Assembly (NCBI GenBank): GCA_049324275.1
Contig: JBMOLG010000001.1
Coordinates: 47,606-111,605 of the forward strand
DNA: 64,000 bases
Direction: 5' to 3'
From: Nanobdellota archaeon
GTDB lineage: Archaea; Nanobdellota; Nanobdellia; Pacearchaeales; GW2011-AR1
Part shown: positions 29,315-36,693 of the stretch, piece by piece
How positions within the stretch are numbered: the stretch's first letter is position 1
How the letters are laid out: each line of letters opens with the position of its first letter
The notes under the pieces: generated by a model
The model's input: only the letters and a program-made list of their open reading frames with translations
What the model was told of the DNA's origin: nothing
Database searches by the model: none
Position numbers and translations under genes: made by a program

Positions 29315-29389
29315 TGGCCCTGAGGGGATTTGAACCCCCGACACCCAGGTTAAGAGCCTGGTGCTCTAACCGAGCTGAGCTACAGAGCC
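29315..29389 (-). tRNA. tRNA-Lys (CUU)
   Basis: GGCTCTG/CAGGGCC acceptor, CCAGG-CT-CTT-AA-CCTGG anticodon arm, GGGGG-TTCAAAT-CCCCT T-arm. Confidence 0.96.
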
Positions 29390-29479
29390 TCATTAAAAAT
29401 TAAAAGTGTTTAGTTTAAAAAACTTAGGTATGAAATGATTAATAATAAATTTTAAAAATCTAAAAAACGCAAAAATAAA

Positions 29480-29707
29480 ATGGAAAATTTAGAACAAATT
29501 GAACAAAATGCATTAAATCTATTAGATTTTAAACTTGAAGGTAACGTGAAGGCCTTATCTCATATGTCTGCTGAAAGTTTTGAATTAGCTTTAGATTTTT
29601 TGTTAGGTAAAAAATATTTAATTCAAAGAGGACAAACAGCTAAATCCTTAAGGTATGAAATAACTCTTGAGGAAGTAGATTATCATTCAAGAAATTTTAA
29701 ACAATAG
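29480..29707 (+). CDS. Small hypothetical protein (possible winged helix)
   Basis: ALDFLLGKKYLI...YEIT pattern. Confidence 0.5.
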   Translation: MENLEQIEQNALNLLDFKLEGNVKALSHMSAESFELALDFLLGKKYLIQRGQTAKSLRYEITLEEVDYHSRNFKQ

Positions 29708-29737
29708 GTTTATAAATATTAATCCTAAACTAATAAA

Positions 29738-30175
29738 ATGACAAAGGTAGTTTTTGAACAAAATCCTGTGGAATTTAATGCAAAATTAGTAGAAGAGCTT
29801 AAAAAAATCAAGGAATTTCAGATTCCCGAATGGTCTCTTTATGTTAAATCCGGAGTTTCAAGGCAAAGAGTTCCTGAAGATCCAGATTTTTGGTATAAAA
29901 GAGCTGCATCTATTTTAAGGCAACTTTATATTAAAGGAGTTATAGGGGTAAACAGGTTGAGAACAAGATATGGCTCAAGGAAAAACAGAGGAGTAAGGCC
30001 TGATAAATTTAAGAGAGCAAGCGGAAAAATTATCCGGACAATATTGCAACAAGCAGAATCAGCAAATTTAGTAGAAAAAGTTTCAAACCAGCAACATGGA
30101 AGAAGATTAACACCAAACGGAAGAAAATTTTTAGATTTAATCTCAGAAAAAACGAAAAATGGCAAAAAAGCATAA
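29738..30175 (+). CDS. rps19e: 30S ribosomal protein S19e
   Basis: PEWSLYVKSG, WYKRAASILR, ASGKIIRTILQQ, GRRLT. Confidence 0.96.
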   Translation: MTKVVFEQNPVEFNAKLVEELKKIKEFQIPEWSLYVKSGVSRQRVPEDPDFWYKRAASILRQLYIKGVIGVNRLRTRYGSRKNRGVRPDKFKRASGKIIRTILQQAESANLVEKVSNQQHGRRLTPNGRKFLDLISEKTKNGKKA

Positions 30176-30368
30176 TCAAAAAAGCAAGAAAAAACATTTG
30201 GAAAAAGTCGGAAAGCAGACAAAATGGGCTCCATTTTGGGCAGTTATGAGAAAATTCGGCAATGGAAAAAAAGTTCATCCATCTTCAATAACCCATGTTA
30301 AAAGAAGCTGGAGAATAAGAAAATTAAAATTCAAGCCTAGAAGGGCTGTAAAGAATTATTTAGGTTAA
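30159..30368 (+). CDS. rpl39e: 50S ribosomal protein L39e
   Basis: KKKHL...QTKWAPFW...RSWR; S19e-L39e-L31e order. Confidence 0.85.
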   Translation: MAKKHNQKSKKKHLEKVGKQTKWAPFWAVMRKFGNGKKVHPSSITHVKRSWRIRKLKFKPRRAVKNYLG

Positions 30369-30369
30369 A

Positions 30370-30909
30370 ATGGCAAAGACACAAGAGGAAAAAATTGAAT
30401 TAGAAAGGGAATATGTCATCCCATTAAGACGTAAGGTTCAAAAAGTTCCCAGATATAGAAGAGCAAAAAAAGCTGTAAAAGTCTTAAAAGAATTTTTGGC
30501 AAAAAATATGAAGGTTGAGGAAAGGGATTTTGGAAAAATAAAAATTGACAAATTCCTTAATCAAGAAATTTGGTTTAGAGGAATTAAGAATCCTCCTGCA
30601 AAAATAAAAGTTAAAGCAATTAAAAAAAATGGCATTGTTTATGCAGAGCTTGCAGAAATTCCTGAAAAGGTTAAATGGGATATAGAAAAAGAAAAGAAGA
30701 AAAAAGTTGAAATTAAAAAAGAAGATAAAAAAGAAACAGGAAAAGTTGAAGAGAAAAAAGAAATTACCAAAGAGACAAAGGAAAAAGAAGAAGCTGCGGT
30801 TGAGATGGGATTAAAAGAACAGAAATTAGAAGCTCATCAAATGAAACATGAAGCAAAGCCAAAACAAGCAAAAACTGAAGAGTTTCACAGAAAATCATTG
30901 AAGAAGTAA
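30370..30909 (+). CDS. rpl31e: 50S ribosomal protein L31e with charged C-terminal extension
   Basis: EREYVIPLR, RAKKAVK, LNQEIWFRGIKNPP. Confidence 0.95.
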   Translation: MAKTQEEKIELEREYVIPLRRKVQKVPRYRRAKKAVKVLKEFLAKNMKVEERDFGKIKIDKFLNQEIWFRGIKNPPAKIKVKAIKKNGIVYAELAEIPEKVKWDIEKEKKKKVEIKKEDKKETGKVEEKKEITKETKEKEEAAVEMGLKEQKLEAHQMKHEAKPKQAKTEEFHRKSLKK

Positions 30910-31617
30910 TTAAATTATTCTAGGAAAAAGATTTTGCAGTAGAGATTTATTTTTTATGTATAAATCGCTTATAGATTCTAAACTTCTCGCATTCCCATTT
31001 CCAAATAGAATATCCGATGCTTTAAAGATTGGGCGAATATTTGGATTTGATAACACATAATCAGGAAGTTTTTTTTGATACTGAATATTCATATTTTCAA
31101 TTGATTCTGCTATTTTTTTGCTTAATGATTTGATTTTATTATTCGAATCTTCAGTATATTTTATAAAAGTCTTGCATTGAAAAGGCAGAAATGGATGAAT
31201 CCCACCGGTTTTATCAGTTAATTGGCCATAAGGGCTTCTCACGTCTGTCCTAAAAGCAACTACTGGAAGGCCCATTAGAGCGCTATAGCATATTTCAACA
31301 TTAACTCCACTGTCAATTGGTTCATCAAGATTTGCGACAATGATATCACTTTTTGGCAGATTATATCCGATGTCAAAAATGTAAATGATTGTGTTTACCG
31401 CCTGGCTTAATTCTTCTGGAGGCAATTTTCCATTTAACTTGTCAGATAATTTGTTGAATTCAAACCCATCTCGTTGAGGAAGAAAAACATTATATTTTTT
31501 TTCTAATTCATTAGCTAATTCCAAATTAAAAGATATTTCCCGCATACTAAACAGCGAAGCCGCAAAATAAATTTTGGTTTTTTCATTATTTCCGTTCATA
31601 AGACTAATGTCAAACAA
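30910..31617 (-). CDS. Nucleoside 2-deoxyribosyltransferase family protein
   Basis: IYFAASLFS, VFLPQRDG, DSGVNVEICY, FRTDVR. Confidence 0.85.
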   Translation of the reverse strand: MFDISLMNGNNEKTKIYFAASLFSMREISFNLELANELEKKYNVFLPQRDGFEFNKLSDKLNGKLPPEELSQAVNTIIYIFDIGYNLPKSDIIVANLDEPIDSGVNVEICYSALMGLPVVAFRTDVRSPYGQLTDKTGGIHPFLPFQCKTFIKYTEDSNNKIKSLSKKIAESIENMNIQYQKKLPDYVLSNPNIRPIFKASDILFGNGNARSLESISDLYIKNKSLLQNLFPRII

Positions 31618-31636
31618 TAGTTTAAATTGTTTTATA

Positions 31637-32602
31637 TTATGGAAAATAATTTAGAATGCCTTCTTCAAAAATCAATAAGGATTCATGTTTCTTGATAAAA
31701 TTTGAGAATTTTTCTTTTATTTCGTCCAAAATTTTTCTGAATTCATCCACATCTTTAACCTCCATTTCTATAGACAAATCGTAATATCCAATTGTTTTTG
31801 TTGCCCAAATTATATTTGGATTTTGCTTAAAGTATAAAAGAAGTTTCTGAAAATTTTCCGGATTAATATTTTTCAAAGAAAACCAAACCTTGTAAAATTT
31901 ATAGCCCATTTTTGAGAAATCAACCAAAATCCTTGAACCTTGTATTATTTGTTCTTTCTCTAACTTTTTAATTTTGTAAGAGATATTCTTAGGGTTCATC
32001 TTTAATTCATCTGCGATCTCTATTAACGGTTTTCTTGCTTTTGACGACAAGATCTTCAAAAGCTTATAGTCCAATTCATCAAGTTTAATCTTTTGTGAAT
32101 CATTCTGTCCTGTCGTTACGGTTTCATTTGAGGGTTTATTAAGCCAAAAACCTCTTTTAAAATAATAAATCTCTGTTGTGATTAAAATATGTTTTTCACC
32201 AATATATTCGTCAAACTTAGAATAGAACTCATCTAAAAACTTCTTTATCTCAAAATTATTTTTAGCAATCAAAGCAAGATTAATGTCCCAATTCCCCTCG
32301 CTCTTTGTCAGCCATGAAACAAACTTATTCTTTTTCAAAAAATCATAAATTTTATTTTCAATTTCAGGGTTTGTATTCTGATATCTTATCAGCATAGGGT
32401 AAAACTGATATCCAAGCTTGTAAATATCCACTTCTGTTAAATAATTTTTGATTATCCCCAATTTCTCAAGATTTTTCATACGATGAAAAACAGTCTCTTT
32501 TTTCAGCCGAACTTTCTTTGCAATCTCCTGCAGAGATTGCCTGCTGTCCTGTTCAAGCTCATAGAGTATTCTTCGATTTTTCAAATCTAAATTTTCTATC
32601 AT
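31637..32602 (-). CDS. Tandem (duplicated) Lrp/AsnC-family transcriptional regulator
   Basis: Two HTH+RAM units: LDLKNRRILYEL..DSRQSL.EIAKK and LDELDYKLLKIL...ARKPL.EIA. Confidence 0.9.
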   Translation of the reverse strand: MIENLDLKNRRILYELEQDSRQSLQEIAKKVRLKKETVFHRMKNLEKLGIIKNYLTEVDIYKLGYQFYPMLIRYQNTNPEIENKIYDFLKKNKFVSWLTKSEGNWDINLALIAKNNFEIKKFLDEFYSKFDEYIGEKHILITTEIYYFKRGFWLNKPSNETVTTGQNDSQKIKLDELDYKLLKILSSKARKPLIEIADELKMNPKNISYKIKKLEKEQIIQGSRILVDFSKMGYKFYKVWFSLKNINPENFQKLLLYFKQNPNIIWATKTIGYYDLSIEMEVKDVDEFRKILDEIKEKFSNFIKKHESLLIFEEGILNYFP

Positions 32603-32640
32603 GAAACAAAATGACTATTTTAGTATATAAATTTTTCTTT

Positions 32641-32673
32641 TTGTTAAAAATTTTCTAGCAAAATCTTTAATAA
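32641..32673. promoter_or_regulatory. Inverted-repeat operator-like site TTGTTAAAAAT-N11-ATCTTTAATAA
   Basis: Near-identical site at 33296-33327 (N10). Confidence 0.45.
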
Positions 32674-32770
32674 ATTTGTTAAATTTGTTACTATTAATTA
32701 GAAACAAAAATATTATAAAAAATGAAGCACGACGCAATGACGCAGGCCAAAAGGTCAACAACGGAGGAAA

Positions 32771-33130
32771 ATGAAAATGGTTAATTGTAGAAATGAAAAT
32801 TCAGAAAGATGTAACGAAAGAAAACAAAAGTTTACAAGTTTCAGAGACAACGATAAATATACTTTAGTTGTAAATTGCAAATTTCCTGAAGAGTGTAAAA
32901 GTTTATGTCCAGTTTATGATGTCTATGTAAATGATAGCTTATATTTATCAAGAGTAAGTTTTGAATTTTTAAGTCCTGTAAAAGAAACAATAATAGGTAC
33001 AATTCATGATGATAGAATGGGTAGATTGCACAAAGTATTTGAGTATTATAATCAGCATGGACTCGTAGATGGCGAATACCCTCAAAAGAATGAACCTTTT
33101 GTTCCAGGAGTTGACTTTGATGACTATTAG
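32771..33130 (+). CDS. Hypothetical Cys-containing protein
   Basis: GGAGG RBS upstream; divergent from the Lrp gene. Confidence 0.65.
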   Translation: MKMVNCRNENSERCNERKQKFTSFRDNDKYTLVVNCKFPEECKSLCPVYDVYVNDSLYLSRVSFEFLSPVKETIIGTIHDDRMGRLHKVFEYYNQHGLVDGEYPQKNEPFVPGVDFDDY

Positions 33131-33376
33131 TGATTCATATTATAATTTTTATTTTTTCTTTTATTTTTTAAGCTTAAGCGAGTAAAGAAATTTCCTAACT
33201 AGCTCCCCGAGAAGATCCTCAAAAAGTAATAAAATAAATCATAATAGGCAATACTAATTTAATATAATCCTTATATTTAATTTATTTTTTTCTTTTTGTT
33301 AAAAATATTAAAAGAAATTTTTAATAATATTCAAGTTGTCATTATTGTTAAGAAGTAAATCTTCTCGAAGAATAAG

Positions 33377-33997
33377 ATGGAAGACATAAAAGAAAAAATT
33401 GAAAGAAACATAGATTCTGAGACTATCTGGCTGATTGATAACTTCAGAACTTTTTGTGCCCCTCATGATGATAGTTATAATCTTGCAATCAATGGCTTGA
33501 CCGACAATGGTAAACCTTTTCCGGAATATGCAGAAATATTAAAAAATTCTCAGATAATCAATATCGGTTGTGGCCATGACCTTGATTCAGCGAAACTTTC
33601 AGATTTTCTTTTCAAGGCATTTAAGATCTCCAAATACCTTGGTGTTGACCCTTACTCAGAAAATTTATGGGATTTACCTAACAAAGAAAAGATAGATGGC
33701 CTCGGTTATCTTGTTAAACAATCCGACAACTCTGCAAATATTATTACCTTTGGATTAGACACTTTCATAATACAAAACAAATCTTATGCTGAAAAGTTAG
33801 TTGGCGAAATATTTCGAGTAGTTCCTGAAGATGGGATCTATCTAAGTAGCGGTTCTACATTTCTTGAAATCTATGCAGACAAGCTTTTTCCCATCAAAAA
33901 TGAACTTGGGTATAATCTTCAGACTTACATGAAAAAACCAACTAAATCTCTGAAAGTAACAGATGCACTTAATACTTATTGTAAGGAGGTAAAATAA
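33377..33997 (+). CDS. Divergent SAM-methyltransferase-like protein, paralog of 61852-62676
   Basis: INIGCG, YLGVDP, DGLGYL.KQ.DNSA, EIFRVVP.DG. Confidence 0.65.
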   Translation: MEDIKEKIERNIDSETIWLIDNFRTFCAPHDDSYNLAINGLTDNGKPFPEYAEILKNSQIINIGCGHDLDSAKLSDFLFKAFKISKYLGVDPYSENLWDLPNKEKIDGLGYLVKQSDNSANIITFGLDTFIIQNKSYAEKLVGEIFRVVPEDGIYLSSGSTFLEIYADKLFPIKNELGYNLQTYMKKPTKSLKVTDALNTYCKEVK

Positions 33998-33999
33998 AA

Positions 34000-34230
34000 A
34001 TGGAAAATAGTAAACTTATCGAAACAATTGAAAAATTAGAGAACAAAGCTAAGAACTTGGAACAATCCAAATCAACCGGCAATCTTCAACAGATTGCTCG
34101 TGCATATTTTAATGCAGGAATCTTGAGCGAAAGAGTCGGATTAAAAGAAAAAGCACAATTAAACTATGCTAACGCCTCAAGATATGTACTTGAATTAGCT
34201 AAAGATGTTTATGCCGGAGCTTTTCAATAA
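34000..34230 (+). CDS. Small helical hypothetical protein
   Basis: GGAGGT RBS upstream; TPR-like helix pair. Confidence 0.6.
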   Translation: MENSKLIETIEKLENKAKNLEQSKSTGNLQQIARAYFNAGILSERVGLKEKAQLNYANASRYVLELAKDVYAGAFQ

Positions 34231-34250
34231 TTTTATTTTTAGTTAGATAA

Positions 34251-34619
34251 ATGGAAAACATAGAAGAAAAAATATATCAAGAATTGAAAAATGGTTCGAA
34301 AGAGATCTATGACGAAGGAATTTACATAATTCAAAACGGAATAGAAATAGGAGGGCATATTGAAACAAGACATTATAATGCAATGCTTGCTATCCCGGAG
34401 GCATACCAAATTGCTGAAGCAGAACTTGATGATGTAGATTGCGCAGAGAATGCAATTTTCAGATACATAAAATATCAATCAAAAGCAATTACGGCAATAA
34501 CAAATGCTTATTCAAGATACATAAGAGAAACAAGTTTAACAGAAAAAGATAAATCAGAAATTTATGATGTATTTAGAATTTTCTTGCCTAGTATAGATGT
34601 GAGCAATTTAAGTCTATAA
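34251..34619 (+). CDS. Hypothetical protein
   Basis: 122-aa ORF in the same run. Confidence 0.6.
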   Translation: MENIEEKIYQELKNGSKEIYDEGIYIIQNGIEIGGHIETRHYNAMLAIPEAYQIAEAELDDVDCAENAIFRYIKYQSKAITAITNAYSRYIRETSLTEKDKSEIYDVFRIFLPSIDVSNLSL

Positions 34620-34665
34620 TTGTTATAATATGAAGTTCTTAAATTATTGAATTAATGAAAATTAT

Positions 34666-36012
34666 TTATTGTAATTCTTTTTTTAATATATTTTTTAAAG
34701 CCCTTATATTTCCTTCTTTTTCTGCGATTTCTTTTAGGAAAAGCTCTTTAGCTAATTTTATTCTTCTAGACATTTCTTCTTCTAATCTAGATCTAATTTC
34801 AAAGCTTAATTTTTCATATTTACATCCAAATTCTCTTTCGGCTGTTTTTATCTCCGCTTCTTTAATCTGATGTGGCATTAATTTTGCATCAAATAAGAGT
34901 AATTCTTGGACATGAGGATCTAATAATCTTTCATGCCTTCTAGATAAGTCTTCAAGAATGCTTTGTTTAAGCATTTTTAATGGGAAATTACATTCTATTG
35001 CAATTTCTTTTAGAGTTTTTACCCATTTATCCTTATCATTAATCCAATTTAATCCATTTAATCTTTCTTTTAATTTAATCGCAATGTCCTCGATTCTTAT
35101 AGCATTAATATCTGGGGGATGTTCCTGTTCTGTATAAATTCCTTTAAATAAATGAGGAGTATTTTGCCGTTGTTTATTCAACTTTCCGGATTTTGCCTTA
35201 TTAATATGCTGAATATCTTTTACATATGCAGGAAAATAATCTGATAACAAATCTTGGCCAAATTCTTCCAGGATAATTAATTTTTCTTCGTCAATCCCGT
35301 GTGATGTTTTTCTTTCAGCTTTTTCTTCAAGTTTTCTTTCTGAATCTTTTTGTTTTGCCTTTGCAATATAAGCCATAAGGCCTTTTCTTACTGCCATGTA
35401 TTTTTCATAAGCATTTCTAAATTCGCCATTGCCTTCTTTGAATCCCTTGCTTATAATTTCAAATTGTGGATTTATTTCTGATAATGCTTCAAAATAATCT
35501 TTGTTAAAAGGAGCGCAAACATTTCCTTTCAGCCAGTTTAAAATTGTATCCCAAGTTACGCATGAAGTATTTGTTTTTGAGGAATATTTTTGAATCAGCC
35601 CATAGGTTAAATCTGAATATGCAAGATATTCTTCAGTTGAAAAATCATCATTATTTTTTAGTATTTTATCTTCGTTTGAATCAAATCCCCTAAACAATAA
35701 ACATCTTAGTTTTGGAATCCAAATTCCATTATTATTTTTTTCAAAGAGCAATTTTTTCGCTTCCCTGTAATTTTCCGCACGTAATTCTAATGTTTCATCA
35801 ACTTTGTTCAAGGGAATCTTTATGTATTCTTTTCTGTATAATACAACGTCTCCCTTTTCCAGATATTTTCCGGTAATCTTTACATAAGTATCTCCCTGAG
35901 AAATGTAAACCGGCATATTCCCATCTATAAAAGTGTTTCCTGCATCTGTAATGATATTTAATAGAGTCATGTTACTATTTAATAGTAGAACTCTTTTTTT
36001 AAATTTTTGCAT
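34666..36012 (-). CDS. Hypothetical protein with HTH-like central segment and coiled-coil tail
   Basis: 448-aa ORF (start possibly 35970); LEKGDVVL, TWDTILNWLKGNVCAP. Confidence 0.65.
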   Translation of the reverse strand: MQKFKKRVLLLNSNMTLLNIITDAGNTFIDGNMPVYISQGDTYVKITGKYLEKGDVVLYRKEYIKIPLNKVDETLELRAENYREAKKLLFEKNNNGIWIPKLRCLLFRGFDSNEDKILKNNDDFSTEEYLAYSDLTYGLIQKYSSKTNTSCVTWDTILNWLKGNVCAPFNKDYFEALSEINPQFEIISKGFKEGNGEFRNAYEKYMAVRKGLMAYIAKAKQKDSERKLEEKAERKTSHGIDEEKLIILEEFGQDLLSDYFPAYVKDIQHINKAKSGKLNKQRQNTPHLFKGIYTEQEHPPDINAIRIEDIAIKLKERLNGLNWINDKDKWVKTLKEIAIECNFPLKMLKQSILEDLSRRHERLLDPHVQELLLFDAKLMPHQIKEAEIKTAEREFGCKYEKLSFEIRSRLEEEMSRRIKLAKELFLKEIAEKEGNIRALKNILKKELQ

Positions 36013-36046
36013 TAAAACATTAAAAAATTCAGATTAAATTATAATA

Positions 36047-36442
36047 TTACCAAAACTCTCTTTCTCCAATAAGTCCCGGATAAGTCCTGTTTTTGCGATT
36101 TGAATCATAATTTGGATAATTCATTCTCATCACAATTTTCTCTTCTTTTGCATATAATTCGTCTAATTTAGAAGAAATTAGACGATTATAATAAATTTCT
36201 TCGCGAGGGCTTGGCTTGCCAAAATATTCGCATTTTCTTGATTTTAGATTATGTTTATTAGCGATTAATTTTTTCATTGCAAATCCCCAATAGCATCTCC
36301 ATTCATTCTTTTCATTCTGGCACCATGGGCAAAAACTACAATATTTTGTAATATATTTGAATTTTCCATAAAACCTGCTCTTAGAACCAATTTGTTTCAT
36401 TTCTTCTGACAAGGCAAAATCTATCTCATTAAACATATTCAA
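36047..36442 (-). CDS. Cys-rich hypothetical protein, paralog of 36429-36692
   Basis: CxxCxW...RCYWG..MK.L...R.C.Y.G.P.P. Confidence 0.65.
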   Translation of the reverse strand: MNMFNEIDFALSEEMKQIGSKSRFYGKFKYITKYCSFCPWCQNEKNEWRCYWGFAMKKLIANKHNLKSRKCEYFGKPSPREEIYYNRLISSKLDELYAKEEKIVMRMNYPNYDSNRKNRTYPGLIGEREFW

Positions 36443-36692
36443 TAATTAATCTCTTTAGTTGATATTTTATATCTTTTGGCCGAGGATTCCCATAATATTG
36501 ACAGTTTCTAAATTTTTTTGGTTCATTCAGGACTTTCATGGTAATCCCCCAATAGCATCTTCTTTCATTTTTATCTTCTATATAAATATGCCATTCACAA
36601 TCATCGCAATCTTTTGTCAAATCTTTTGGAGTTCCACCAATCATTAGACTTATCGTGCCATTTTCTAATTCTTCTAAAGTATGAAGAACCAT
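36429..36692 (-). CDS. Cys-rich hypothetical protein, paralog of 36047-36442
   Basis: Same four-Cys pattern. Confidence 0.65.
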   Translation of the reverse strand: MVLHTLEELENGTISLMIGGTPKDLTKDCDDCEWHIYIEDKNERRCYWGITMKVLNEPKKFRNCQYYGNPRPKDIKYQLKRLIIEYV

Positions 36693-36693
36693 T

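Noticed and set aside
30700..30909. Lys/Glu-rich repeat-like tail of L31e
   Set aside because: Low-complexity charged extension with no discrete repeat unit.
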